Shown here: in pieces, positions 1 to 10,242 of the stretch
Numbering within the stretch: position 1 is the first letter of the stretch
Layout of the letters: every line of letters begins with the position of its first letter
From: Candidatus Treponema merdequi
GTDB lineage: Bacteria; Spirochaetota; Spirochaetia; Treponematales; Treponemataceae
Reading direction: 5' to 3'
Assembly (NCBI GenBank): GCA_018064525.1
Contig: JAGHVB010000010.1
Coordinates: 40,684-104,683, forward strand
DNA length: 64,000 bases
Program-made: the position numbers and the translations under genes
Notes under the pieces: generated by a model
Seen by the model: only the letters and a program-made list of their open reading frames with translations
Told to the model about the DNA's origin: nothing
Database searches by the model: none

Positions 1-26
1 GACACAAGTTATAAAATAAAGTTGCA

Positions 27-509
27 CTAATCTAAAAAAATATATTCATCAAAAAACAAGGCTTCAATTTTTCCAAGAACAAGCTGCTCATTTATTAAAT
101 CAAGAAGTTCAGCCTTGATCTTCTTTTCACCAAGAGTAAAAAGTTCTTTTTGTGTGCGGGTTGCAAAATAGACTAAAAAAATATTTGTAAGTGCTGTCTT
201 TTTCTGAATAAGTTCTTCGTAGAATGCAGAATCTTTATTAGAATATGTAAGCCATGGAGTTACAACAAGATTTGTACCATTTGAAAAATCTTTTTTTTCC
301 GGAGCTGTCAGAGCTCGCAATGTTCCGAATTTAAATTCAAAAATTTCTCTGTCAGCTGTTTTGATTTCTGAAACATTCTGAGGGTCTGCTTTCCGATAAG
401 TTTTAAAACTTGCTTTGCCTGCAAGAAATGCGGTCAATGTACAAAAAACAATAAGTATACAAAGTCCTGCAATAATAAAAATTAAAACCTTATCAAATGA
501 AAAACGCAT
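27..509 (-). CDS. fliL: Flagellar basal body-associated FliL family protein
   Basis: 160 aa, single N-terminal TM helix; C-terminal '..KIKAELLDLINEQLVLGKIEALFFDEYIFLD' resembles the FliL signature. Confidence 0.65.
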   Translation of the reverse strand: MRFSFDKVLIFIIAGLCILIVFCTLTAFLAGKASFKTYRKADPQNVSEIKTADREIFEFKFGTLRALTAPEKKDFSNGTNLVVTPWLTYSNKDSAFYEELIQKKTALTNIFLVYFATRTQKELFTLGEKKIKAELLDLINEQLVLGKIEALFFDEYIFLD

Positions 510-510
510 C

Positions 511-1506
511 TTATCCCCAGAGGTTATACGGGTTTACCATTCTTCCATTTTTGAAAACTGTAAAATGACAGTGAGGACCTGTACTCTGCCCCGTACTGCC
601 AACATAACCAATTACAGTATTTGTAGTAACCCAGGCCCCAACCCCGACCTTAGAAAACTTACTCATATGTCCGTAAAGAGTTTTATATCCTGAATGATGT
701 TTAATCATTACATAATTTCCATAGACATTTGACCAGCCTTTATAAACAACAGTTCCTTCCATGCCGGCATAAATCGGAGTACCTGTTCCGCAGGCCATAT
801 CAATTCCGCCATGAAACTGTCTTGAACCGCCAAACGGACTTTTTCTCCAGCCAAAATAAGATGAAATTCTATACCAGCTGTGAATCGGTTTTCTAAAAAG
901 ATCACCGTTAATTTCCTGTCTTGTAATCCAGTCAAGTTCAGCCCCTGGAACAAAAACTGACTGACCGGCATTAAAACTTGAATCAAGCGAGACGTGATTT
1001 ACATTTGCAACTCTTTCTGCATCAACTTCATATTTTTCTGCAACAGATTTTGGAGTTTCGCCGTCTTTTTTTACATTGTATAAAATTCCGTCGAGGGAAG
1101 GAATTTTAATATTTGAACCGATTTGAATTGTGCGTGTCGCATGAATATTATTTACGCTAATGAGAGTGTCCTGAGAAATTCCATACTTTTCTGCAATAAC
1201 ACCAATCATGTCACCTTTTCTAATTCTGTACGAAGTATAATAAAGACCGTCATCAATAACCTGATTTTCTGCAGCTTCAAGAGCAGAAACTTCATTCTGA
1301 ACTTCGTTCTGAACGTCTTCAGAAGAAGCATTCAGAGAGTCATACTGAGGAACTGCAGACATTTCAAATCCGCCCTGTCCGTTATGAATTTCTTCCGGTT
1401 TATTTTTATTCAGATTTTTTGCACAGAATGTCGCACTTCCTGCGATAAAGGAAGCAACACAAAAACTTGCAAATACTTTTAATGCCATTTCAGTCTTTTT
1501 TGTCAT
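511..1506 (-). CDS. LysM-domain M23 family metallopeptidase
   Basis: Two LysM-like segments (YRIRKGDMIGVIAEKYGIS; YNVKKDGETPKSVAEKY), M23 motifs HGGID and GPHCH. Confidence 0.9.
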   Translation of the reverse strand: MTKKTEMALKVFASFCVASFIAGSATFCAKNLNKNKPEEIHNGQGGFEMSAVPQYDSLNASSEDVQNEVQNEVSALEAAENQVIDDGLYYTSYRIRKGDMIGVIAEKYGISQDTLISVNNIHATRTIQIGSNIKIPSLDGILYNVKKDGETPKSVAEKYEVDAERVANVNHVSLDSSFNAGQSVFVPGAELDWITRQEINGDLFRKPIHSWYRISSYFGWRKSPFGGSRQFHGGIDMACGTGTPIYAGMEGTVVYKGWSNVYGNYVMIKHHSGYKTLYGHMSKFSKVGVGAWVTTNTVIGYVGSTGQSTGPHCHFTVFKNGRMVNPYNLWG

Positions 1507-1516
1507 AAAATTTATT

Positions 1517-2125
1517 TTACCCCATTTTTTTATTTATGCCAATCAAATAAGTCTCAAAAGACTCACGACGGCAAGCTTCAGGCTTAAACCCCTTCGCTGC
1601 AGTAAAAATTTCACGCATTTTTTTAAGAAATTTCTGCTGGTCTCCATTCTGGAAAATTTTTACAGCAAAATTTCCACCTGCTTTAAGCATAGTCTCTGCA
1701 TACCAGATTGCCATTTCTACAAGAAATTCACTTCCGGCTGTATCTACTGTTCTGTTTCCGGTCGTTTTTGGAGCCGCGTCACAGACAACAAGGTCATAAG
1801 GCCCGATTTCTTTAATCTGCTCACGGACAGCCTTTGAAGTTAAGTCCCCCTGAATAAAAACAAGGTTATCTCCCTTTACATCTTTGGCAAGCGGATTTAA
1901 ATCACAGGAAACAACTTTTCCACTTCCATCAAGCTTTCGCATCAAAAAAGTAGTCCAGCTTCCGGGACTTGAACCGAGATCTAAAACTGTAAAATTTTTC
2001 TTTATCATTCCAAACTTTTCATCAATTTCCTGTAGTTTGTATACAGAACGTGCAGGATATCCTTCAGAAAAAGCTTTTCTGGACCAGAAGTCTGGTTTTT
2101 CATAACTGTTTGCAGGCATATACAT
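1517..2125 (-). CDS. rlmE: 23S rRNA Um2552 2'-O-methyltransferase (RlmE/FtsJ)
   Basis: RSVYKLQEID, VLDLGSSPGSW, CDAAP, FAVKIFQ, RRESFETY motifs; true start may be 2119. Confidence 0.92.
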   Translation of the reverse strand: MYMPANSYEKPDFWSRKAFSEGYPARSVYKLQEIDEKFGMIKKNFTVLDLGSSPGSWTTFLMRKLDGSGKVVSCDLNPLAKDVKGDNLVFIQGDLTSKAVREQIKEIGPYDLVVCDAAPKTTGNRTVDTAGSEFLVEMAIWYAETMLKAGGNFAVKIFQNGDQQKFLKKMREIFTAAKGFKPEACRRESFETYLIGINKKMG

Positions 2126-2253
2126 TGATTATCGGTAAAAACTGGTGGAATTTTTACAAAAATGTTACGCTGTCAAAAACTCATATCTTTTATTTTTATA
2201 AATTCTTTTGCGATTCCATCCACATTTTTCATAAATTCCACTATAATAATTAT

Positions 2254-3318
2254 ATGAACATAACTGAAATCAGAAACAAAATCGAAGACAACCTCAATCA
2301 GTTCCTGCCGGAAGCAGTCAATTCCTTGTGGACAAATGCAGCATTCGGAAATATTCCCGAAGCCGTAAAAGAAAATCACATTTCACAGCTTCTGACACCA
2401 TGCCGCTCACTGATGTCACTTGGCGGAAAACGCTGGCGCCCGCTTCTTCAGGTTCTTGTTGCAAAACTTGTTTCAAAAGACAAAAATGCAGGCGATGTAG
2501 AAACAGCTTTTAAACTTACTCCGCTTGTGGAATTTGTTCATACGGCAAGTCTCATTCATGACGACATCGAAGACGCAGCCGATACAAGACGCGGCAAACC
2601 TGCTGCACACATCACATACGGACTTGATACTGCACTTAATGCAGGTGCCTGGCTTTATTTTACAGCCCCTGCCGCAATTGATACCCTTAATCTCCCGGAA
2701 GAAAAGAAAAATCTTTTTTACAGTCTTTTTATGATGGAACTTCGCCGCCTGCATCTTGGTCAGGCAATGGATATTTTCTGGCATAGAAATCCAGATATAT
2801 TTCCTTCAAAAGAAGAATATCAGTCAATGGTTCAGAACAAGACAGGAACTCTTTCGTGTCTTGCAGTTTTAACTGGAGTTCTCTGTGGCGGAGGTTCAAA
2901 AGAAGAAGCTCTTACAGCAGGTGATATTGCACGCGGAATCGGCGAAGGGTTTCAGATTCTTGATGATGTTCAGAATCTTACAACAGGAAATCCCGGTAAA
3001 AAACGAGGAGACGATATCGTAGAAGGCAAAAAAAGTCTTCCTGTTTTAATGCATATCGAAGAATATCCTGAAGATAAAGATATAATTGCATCGTGCTTTA
3101 TAAATGCCCGAAAAGAAGGTATAATGTCAGAAAGCGTAGAAAAATGCATTTCAATTCTTGAAAAAGGCGGCTGCATTAAAAAAGCATTTGAAAAAGGGCA
3201 TTCACTTGTCCGCGAAAAGTCTCTGCAGCTTGTAAAAATGTTTGAAAAAAATTCTGAACTTTCAGAAAATGCAAAAGCCATCGTTGATTTATTTGAATCA
3301 ATGTTACCTGAAGTTTAA
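2254..3318 (+). CDS. Polyprenyl diphosphate synthase
   Basis: GGKRWRP, LIHDDIED..RRG, KTG, FQILDD motifs; start moved from 2050 to ATG 2254, 6 nt after TATAAT. Confidence 0.9.
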   Translation: MNITEIRNKIEDNLNQFLPEAVNSLWTNAAFGNIPEAVKENHISQLLTPCRSLMSLGGKRWRPLLQVLVAKLVSKDKNAGDVETAFKLTPLVEFVHTASLIHDDIEDAADTRRGKPAAHITYGLDTALNAGAWLYFTAPAAIDTLNLPEEKKNLFYSLFMMELRRLHLGQAMDIFWHRNPDIFPSKEEYQSMVQNKTGTLSCLAVLTGVLCGGGSKEEALTAGDIARGIGEGFQILDDVQNLTTGNPGKKRGDDIVEGKKSLPVLMHIEEYPEDKDIIASCFINARKEGIMSESVEKCISILEKGGCIKKAFEKGHSLVREKSLQLVKMFEKNSELSENAKAIVDLFESMLPEV

Positions 3319-3392
3319 CTTTATGTTTATTTTTATATAAATGTTCTATCATTCAGATAGAACATCATCATCACACGGGGAGGTAATTTTTT

Positions 3393-3923
3393 ATGATTGA
3401 ACACGCTGAAACATTAAATACTCAGGCAATTTCACTTGCTCAAAACGGTGACTACAAAGAAGCAATTGCATGTTTCAAAAGAGCAATTGTTGTTGAAAAA
3501 CAAAATTATCTTCTCTGGTTCAACCTTGGAGTTACATACCGTGACGCCGGTGAATTTCAGTCAGCAAAAGAATGTCTTTTAAAAGCATTTGATTTAAATG
3601 AAACCGACAGAGACATTATCGAATCAATTGCACTCATCAATTTAAGTTTAAAGGATTTTGAAGAAGCTGTTGCATTCTGCTGGACAGGACTTGATTACTA
3701 TCCGACAGACAGCAGGCTCTGGAATACGCTCGGAGTAATTTTTTTCAATCAGTCAGACTATATAAATGCGGCAGATGCTTTTGAAAGGGCAATTACAATC
3801 AATCCGTATTACTACGATGCCCTTTTTAATTTACGCGATACTTATGATGAACTTGGAAATAAAACTGGAAAAGCACTCTGTATCCAGAAAATGAAAGAAA
3901 TAAAACATTCTGACTGTAATTAA
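3393..3923 (+). CDS. TPR-repeat protein
   Basis: Repeated TPR pattern (WFNLGVTY..G, WNTLGVIF); GGGAGG SD. Confidence 0.85.
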   Translation: MIEHAETLNTQAISLAQNGDYKEAIACFKRAIVVEKQNYLLWFNLGVTYRDAGEFQSAKECLLKAFDLNETDRDIIESIALINLSLKDFEEAVAFCWTGLDYYPTDSRLWNTLGVIFFNQSDYINAADAFERAITINPYYYDALFNLRDTYDELGNKTGKALCIQKMKEIKHSDCN

Positions 3924-3956
3924 TTTTCTTATTACCATAAAAGACGGAGAACAAAA

Positions 3957-4424
3957 ATGCAGAAAAATGCAATTGTACGAAATATAAATTCAACTGATTC
4001 AAAAAAGCGGAATGTAATTCTTGTTGAATTGATTGCATTTACAGAATGTGCACACTGCCATGAAAGCTGCAGCAAAAAAGGCCATATTCTGTCAGCAGTA
4101 AATCCTCATGGATTTGAAATTAAAAACGGATCTCTTGTAATCATCACAACATCAAAAATTCAGGAAGCACTGGAAAGCATCATCGCGCTTTTATTTCCAA
4201 TCGGAATGGCAGTTACAGGCTTTTTTCTTTCCAATCCAATTTATAATTTTTTTAAGAACATAAAAAAAAGCGGCATATCAAATGCCGCCTGTCCTGAGGG
4301 AATAAAATCCCTTATAGTTATTCTCTTTTTTGCTCTTGCAGCCTTTATCGTACTGATTGCAACACGCGCAAAAAAACTTTTAGTCTATCCTGAAATTACA
4401 GATGTTCTCGAGCAAGCTGGCTGA
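3957..4424 (+). CDS. RseC/MucC family membrane protein
   Basis: ECAHCHESC Cys motif followed by two TM helices. Confidence 0.7.
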   Translation: MQKNAIVRNINSTDSKKRNVILVELIAFTECAHCHESCSKKGHILSAVNPHGFEIKNGSLVIITTSKIQEALESIIALLFPIGMAVTGFFLSNPIYNFFKNIKKSGISNAACPEGIKSLIVILFFALAAFIVLIATRAKKLLVYPEITDVLEQAG

Positions 4425-5613
4425 TAGCATCTGCCATTTCCTTTAACGGAACCTGCTTCTGAACAGCACCAAGCTCATATGCAACTTTCGGCATTCCGTA
4501 AACGATTGAAGACTTTTCGTCCTGTCCCAATGTCCACGCACCTTCTGTTCTCATTGAAGCAAGTTCTGCAGCGCCGTCTTTTCCCATTCCTGTCATAATT
4601 ACACCAAGTGCATTATTCTTGAATACTTTTGCAACTGATTCAAAAAGAACATCTGCAGACGGTCTATGTCCGTTTCTCTGTGGTTCCTGAGAAAGGCGGA
4701 CAAAATATTCAAATCCATTCTTTTCAACAAAAATATGATAATTTCCAGGAGCAATATAAACATTTCCACTTTCAAGTTTCTGGCCATCCATTGCTTCCTG
4801 AACGGTTAAAGGACAGATTTTATTCAAACTGTAAGCAAACTCTTTTGTAAAACCTGCAGGCATATGCTGAACTACAAGAACAGGCTGCTTCATATGAGGA
4901 TCGATCATCTTGAATACATCACGAAGAGCATTCGGTCCTCCGGTAGAAATACCAATTGCGATAATTTCAATCTTTCCACCATCACGCAGCGGAGTAATAA
5001 CAGCAGGTTCTTTCTTTTCAGGCGGATTCCATACAAAAGGTTTTGGAGTCGGAACAATTCTATCAGTAATTTTTTCAACATTCTGTTCATGAATTGCTTC
5101 AATTTTTTCTTTATTCTTTTCAAGTACAAATCGCTCTGCTTCACGAAGCTTAATCTGTCTGATGAAAAAATCAGGTTCATAAACATCTTTTCCATGCATA
5201 ACTGCATAAGAAAATCCGTATGACGAAATCAATTCAACAAGATTATCTGCAACAGATGACAGATCTGCAGTAACAGAACCATTTGGCTTTGTCAAAAAGT
5301 CGGAAGCACCAAGTTCGAGGGCTTCCATTGTAACTGGAGCACCTTCTTCTGCAATACTTGAAAGAATGATAACCGGAATATTCCAGTGACGGGCTTTTCG
5401 TTCTTTTAAAAACTCAATGCCATTCATAACAGGCATTTCAATATCAAGAACAATTACATCAGGCTTATACTCTTCAACTTTTTCAAGAGCAAGCTGACCG
5501 TTCATTGCCTTTGCACATACAGAAAGCCCCTGCGTATTTTCAATAATGCGTGAAATAAGGTTACGCATTAAAGCCGAGTCGTCACATACTAAAACCGAAA
5601 TATCCTGTTTCAT
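4396..5613 (-). CDS. cheB: Chemotaxis response regulator protein-glutamate methylesterase
   Basis: REC domain (CDDS, VLDIEMP, FLTKP) plus methylesterase motifs GISTGGP, VQHMP, TGMGKDGA. Confidence 0.95.
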   Translation of the reverse strand: MKQDISVLVCDDSALMRNLISRIIENTQGLSVCAKAMNGQLALEKVEEYKPDVIVLDIEMPVMNGIEFLKERKARHWNIPVIILSSIAEEGAPVTMEALELGASDFLTKPNGSVTADLSSVADNLVELISSYGFSYAVMHGKDVYEPDFFIRQIKLREAERFVLEKNKEKIEAIHEQNVEKITDRIVPTPKPFVWNPPEKKEPAVITPLRDGGKIEIIAIGISTGGPNALRDVFKMIDPHMKQPVLVVQHMPAGFTKEFAYSLNKICPLTVQEAMDGQKLESGNVYIAPGNYHIFVEKNGFEYFVRLSQEPQRNGHRPSADVLFESVAKVFKNNALGVIMTGMGKDGAAELASMRTEGAWTLGQDEKSSIVYGMPKVAYELGAVQKQVPLKEMADAISQLAREHL

Positions 5614-5629
5614 TTACATACACCTTTTT

Positions 5630-6448
5630 TTAATTAATATTTTTCTGATAAAGACAAGCCCATTCTGTTTTTAAAAATTCAAACTTAGTATTCATACCGA
5701 ATAAGCTTTCTGAGTGTCCGATATACAGATATGAATGAGGTCCAAGCGCATCATAGAATCTGTTTACAACATTAGTCTGTGCAGCTTCATCAAAATAAAT
5801 GAGAACGTTGCGACAGAAAATTACATCAAGATTTCTAGCACCGGAATCGTTTTTCAAATTATGATAATCGAACTTGATTTTATCCATCAATTCTTTTTTA
5901 GCCTGATATCCACCATCAACCTTTGTAAAATATTTTGCAAGATAATTTTCAGGAATTCCCGCAATTCTGGCATCAGGATAAAAGCCCTGTTTTCCAACCA
6001 TAAGAGATTTTAAAGAAAGATCAGATGCAGTTACAAAGAAAGTAAAAGGCGGCGGCAAAATCTCTGAAAGAATCATCGCAATAGTATAAGGCTCTTCTCC
6101 TGTTGAACAGCCCGCGCTCCAGATTCTTATCATTTTTTCACCAGTCTTTCTTTTTTCTTCAAGCAGATGAGGAATTACATAATGCTCAAATGCATCAAAG
6201 TGAGGCTGATTTCTAAAAAAACGGGTCAAATTAGTTGTTACAGAATCAAGAAGAAGTTTCATCTCTTCTTTATTTGAAACAATTAAATCATAATAATCTT
6301 TAAAAGACTCAAGTTTTTTTTCTCTAAGTCTTTCTTTTAAGCGGCTTTCCAAAATAGATCTGTTAGTTTCTGAAAATGTTATACCGCTTTCGTTGTAAAT
6401 AATTTTTCGAAATATATCGAAATCGCTGTCGTTTAAAACTTCTACCAT
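5630..6448 (-). CDS. cheR: Chemotaxis protein methyltransferase
   Basis: TTNLTRFFR, IWSAGCSTGEEPY, IFCRNVLIYF, IGHSES. Confidence 0.95.
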   Translation of the reverse strand: MVEVLNDSDFDIFRKIIYNESGITFSETNRSILESRLKERLREKKLESFKDYYDLIVSNKEEMKLLLDSVTTNLTRFFRNQPHFDAFEHYVIPHLLEEKRKTGEKMIRIWSAGCSTGEEPYTIAMILSEILPPPFTFFVTASDLSLKSLMVGKQGFYPDARIAGIPENYLAKYFTKVDGGYQAKKELMDKIKFDYHNLKNDSGARNLDVIFCRNVLIYFDEAAQTNVVNRFYDALGPHSYLYIGHSESLFGMNTKFEFLKTEWACLYQKNIN

Positions 6449-6500
6449 AATTCAATTATACACTCGAGAACCTGAAAAGTAAAACAATTTGTCTAAATTT

Positions 6501-6659
6501 CTATTTATAGAATGTTGTAATCGTTACAGTTCCGTTCGGGGTAATACAGCCGATTTTCCACCCCTCATTTATAATTTCCTTAATCTGTCTGTCAGCAATC
6601 TTATCACCTGTCTTATTGATATAAGTTCTGACAAGAGTCTGTGTTTCAGTTTTCTGCAT
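6501..6659 (-). CDS. Small hypothetical protein (52 aa)
   Basis: AGGAGG SD upstream of ATG 6659; sequence MQKTETQTLVRTY...EGWKIGCI.. Confidence 0.55.
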   Translation of the reverse strand: MQKTETQTLVRTYINKTGDKIADRQIKEIINEGWKIGCITPNGTVTITTFYK

Positions 6660-6881
6660 CTTCAGTCCTCCTGATTTTTGCACTGGTAAACGAGCGTTTT
6701 TAGTTCTCCCTATATTAATAAACGGATTTATCTGCTTATTACTTAAATAGTTTTTAAGTTGAATTTTTTAAACCGCCCTTCCCGTTACAAATTTACAACC
6801 TTACCTGATTTACAATTGCCAAAATGCTTGAATATATGGTAAAATATTGAATTATTATTAATTTAAAAGGACGATTTTATT

Positions 6882-8399
6882 ATGAAAAAAGGCTTTTACA
6901 GCATCGGTTCAATCATTATTTTGCTTTTAGCAGCAATAATATTTGTTTTAGTACCTGCACTTGCAGGCGTAGAAGGGGGAACAAAATTCCCGGATTACGG
7001 AAGTTATAATGGAAAACCTATCCGTTATGAAGAAAATTCTCCGTTTTACAACGCAGCAATCAGAATTATTGAAGATTATGAATCAAAAGGCGTAAACTTT
7101 AATGAGAAGTCTTTTGCAAATTACTTTTATGCACAGGCTTTTGAACAGGCTTTTACAAATGTAATCGGCTCATATGCCCTTACATATTTTTCTGAAACAA
7201 CAGGTTACAAAGTTACAAAACCATCAATCGACAGAAGAATCAGACAGATGAGCCAGTTTAAAGATGTTTCAAATGAATTTTCACCTGCCATTTATGAATC
7301 ACTCAGTGAACAGGATAAAAAAGATTTAAGAAAATCAATTGCAGAAGAACTTATTCAGCTCAGATGCTATGAAGATATCTTTGGTTCCCTTTCAGAAATC
7401 GGTGACAAATCAATTTATGGTCTTAAAACTTCAACTGCAGAACTTGATTTCATCAACAAAATGAGTGAAAAACTTTATTCATTTGATGCAGCTGCATTTG
7501 ATATGTCTACATATCCGGACAGCGAAAAAGTTGCATTTGGTAATTCACACAAAGATTTATTTGTAAAATACAACTTAAAAGTAATTTCATGCGATACAGA
7601 AGCAAAAGCTAAAGAAGTTCTCAAAAGAATCAAAAATTCAGAAATTACATTTGAAGATGCTGTCGGTGAATATTCAACAAAGCACTATGGCGATCAGGAA
7701 ACAGGAATGTTAAGTGCAAACTTCAGATACCAGCTCGACAACGCATTCTCTAAACCGGAAGACATTGAAAAAGTAATTTCACTTCCAGTTGACAGTCTTT
7801 CAGATGTTATTGAAACACCATCTGCATATTGTATTTTCAAAACAACAGAAGCTCCTGTTCAGCCGGATTTTACAAATGACTTTACAGTTTCAAATGTTTA
7901 TGACTATTTAAGAACTAGAGAAAAATCTGTAATCGAAAATTATTTTGAAAATCAGGCAAAAGACTTTGTTGCAAAAGCAAATACAGCAGGATTTGAAAAT
8001 GCATGCAACGCATTCCCGGTAAAAACAAATTCTTACCCTGCATTTGCGCTTAACTATAACAACACTTCATTAATCGGACATTCACCACTTGCAGACGATT
8101 CATTATTAAGTACAGCAATTACAACAGACGAATTGTACAAAACAGCATTCAAACTTAAGAAAGATGAAATTTCATCTCCTCTTATTTTAAGCGGTTCAAA
8201 TGTTGTACTTGTACTCAGATGTTCTGACATTACAACTGCAGTAAAAACAGCTGATGATGTAAAAGCTTGTGCAAATGAAGTAAATATGGCTGCAAAAAGC
8301 TCAATCAACTCTACAATTCTTGCAAGCGATAAAATCAAAGACAACTCACAGGAATTTATGAAAGTATTCCTTTCAACAATTTTTGGAAACAAGAGCTGA
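6882..8399 (+). CDS. SurA/PpiC-like membrane-anchored periplasmic chaperone (peptidylprolyl isomerase-like)
   Basis: N-terminal TM, YGSYNGKPI, parvulin-like segment 'KAKEVLKRIKNSEITFEDAVGEYS'. Confidence 0.7.
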   Translation: MKKGFYSIGSIIILLLAAIIFVLVPALAGVEGGTKFPDYGSYNGKPIRYEENSPFYNAAIRIIEDYESKGVNFNEKSFANYFYAQAFEQAFTNVIGSYALTYFSETTGYKVTKPSIDRRIRQMSQFKDVSNEFSPAIYESLSEQDKKDLRKSIAEELIQLRCYEDIFGSLSEIGDKSIYGLKTSTAELDFINKMSEKLYSFDAAAFDMSTYPDSEKVAFGNSHKDLFVKYNLKVISCDTEAKAKEVLKRIKNSEITFEDAVGEYSTKHYGDQETGMLSANFRYQLDNAFSKPEDIEKVISLPVDSLSDVIETPSAYCIFKTTEAPVQPDFTNDFTVSNVYDYLRTREKSVIENYFENQAKDFVAKANTAGFENACNAFPVKTNSYPAFALNYNNTSLIGHSPLADDSLLSTAITTDELYKTAFKLKKDEISSPLILSGSNVVLVLRCSDITTAVKTADDVKACANEVNMAAKSSINSTILASDKIKDNSQEFMKVFLSTIFGNKS

Positions 8400-8409
8400 T
8401 TCTTTTTAT

Positions 8410-10158
8410 ATGATTAATAATAACATGGGTTCTCCAGTAACCGGAGAACCCGGAAGCGAAACGCCTTGTTTGTTGCAAAACGAACGGGGCGTTTGCGTTT
8501 TATACAAAGAGAGATATCTTTACTCCAAGTATGATCCTTCCAAATCAATTAAAAATATAATTTCAAATCTTTCAATCAATCCAGATACATTAATTTTGAT
8601 TTTCAGTCCTGTTCTCTGGTATGGACTTGAAGATCTGTTATTAAAACTTCCGCAGGACTGCAGAATTGCTGCAATTGAATATGACGAAGAATTATTTTAC
8701 CTTGCACAAAAAACACTTAACGATATTCATATTGAATCTGGTTCAGACAATTCAAATAAAACTGTAGAATCGTTAAAAAACAATATTCTGTTTTTTAATA
8801 AAAACAATATCAAAAGTTATCTTGACTATATAAATAATAATCATTTTAAAAAAGTTTTACGTCTTGATTTTTCAGGTGGAATTTATTTTAACCGCGATAA
8901 TTTTGAAAAAATTTATTCTGTTACGCAATCTGTAATAGACCAATATTTAAAAAATAAATTAACTCTTATAAAATTCGGCAGACTGTTTTCTAAAAATATT
9001 TTTAAGAACTTAAAACAATTTGACACAAATACATTTCTCTTACAGCACTTTGAAAAAACAATTGATAAACCGATTTTAGTTTTAGGAGCCGGAGAAAGTC
9101 TTAACCAGACAATTTTTCAACTGAAAAACATATTAAAAACAGATTCAGCAGACAGAAAAGAAGATTCAGTACAGAATCCTTTTTTCATACTTGCAGTTGA
9201 CCAGGCTTTAACACCCCTTTTAGAAAATGGAATTAAACCAGATGCTGTTGTTGCTGTAGAAGCACAACTTGCAATTGAAAAAGCCTATATTGGCAAATCT
9301 GTAAACTCAAACATTCCTGTATTTCTCGACCTTGTAAGCCGCAGACATGTTTCTGAAATATTAAACGGAAAAAAAATATTTTACCTCTCTGATTATTCAA
9401 AAAAAGAATTCTTAAAACCTCTCTCAGAAAATAAATTGCTTGGCAAAGTAATCAGACCGCTCGGCTCTGTCGGACTTGTTGCCACAGAAATAGCCCTATT
9501 TCTCAGAAAAGACAATCAGATTCCTGTTTATATTTCTGGACTTGATTTTTCTTACTCTGCAGGAATCACACATGCAAAAGGAACTGTTTCACATAAACGT
9601 CAGCTTTCAATTGTAACAAAGTTAAAATCAATTTTTAATTTCGAAGCAGCATTTACAAACGGTACGACATTTATAAACGATAAATCAAATAACAGAATGA
9701 TTACATCTGCTTCACTTTCAAACTATGCAAAACTTTTTACAGATTTATATGCAGATGAAAAAAATATTTATGATTCAGGTTTTTCAGGGCACAATCTTGG
9801 ACTTGAAAAAAAAGACATTCAATCTGTACAAGATATTCAGATTAAAAATTCCTGTACAAACTTTTACAAAAAACTTTCATCAGAACAACTTAAAGACAAT
9901 TCTCTTAAAATAATTTCAGGTTATCTTGAAAACGAAAAAAAAGCTCTTGAAATATTAAAAGATATTCTTACATTCGGAGATGAATCAAAATATAGAGAAG
10001 ATAAAACTATTTCTCTTGCAGAACAGATTGATGCACTTATTCTTCCGCGGGAATATCTTTACCTGCACTTTCCGGATACTCCTGAAAAAACAAACAGACA
10101 GTCATTCTTAAACCGTGTCCGTATTGAAACAGATTTTTTCTTAAAAGAATTGAAATAA
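8410..10158 (+). CDS. DUF115/Maf (motility-associated factor)/MptE-like protein
   Basis: LYSKYDP, ILVLGAGESL, AVDQAL..L..NGIKPD, GSV, YISGLDFSY motifs. Confidence 0.75.
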   Translation: MINNNMGSPVTGEPGSETPCLLQNERGVCVLYKERYLYSKYDPSKSIKNIISNLSINPDTLILIFSPVLWYGLEDLLLKLPQDCRIAAIEYDEELFYLAQKTLNDIHIESGSDNSNKTVESLKNNILFFNKNNIKSYLDYINNNHFKKVLRLDFSGGIYFNRDNFEKIYSVTQSVIDQYLKNKLTLIKFGRLFSKNIFKNLKQFDTNTFLLQHFEKTIDKPILVLGAGESLNQTIFQLKNILKTDSADRKEDSVQNPFFILAVDQALTPLLENGIKPDAVVAVEAQLAIEKAYIGKSVNSNIPVFLDLVSRRHVSEILNGKKIFYLSDYSKKEFLKPLSENKLLGKVIRPLGSVGLVATEIALFLRKDNQIPVYISGLDFSYSAGITHAKGTVSHKRQLSIVTKLKSIFNFEAAFTNGTTFINDKSNNRMITSASLSNYAKLFTDLYADEKNIYDSGFSGHNLGLEKKDIQSVQDIQIKNSCTNFYKKLSSEQLKDNSLKIISGYLENEKKALEILKDILTFGDESKYREDKTISLAEQIDALILPREYLYLHFPDTPEKTNRQSFLNRVRIETDFFLKELK

Positions 10159-10210
10159 AAAAAGTGTACCTGCAAAAATTGATTTCAATTTCCAGGTACA
10201 CTTCATTTTT
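10157..10210. terminator. Bidirectional intrinsic terminator between convergent maf-like gene and lepA
   Basis: AAGTGTACCTG..CAGGTACACTT stem flanked by A and T runs. Confidence 0.75.
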
Positions 10211-10242
10211 ATGTCTCATTTTTATATCTTCAAAACTGGACT

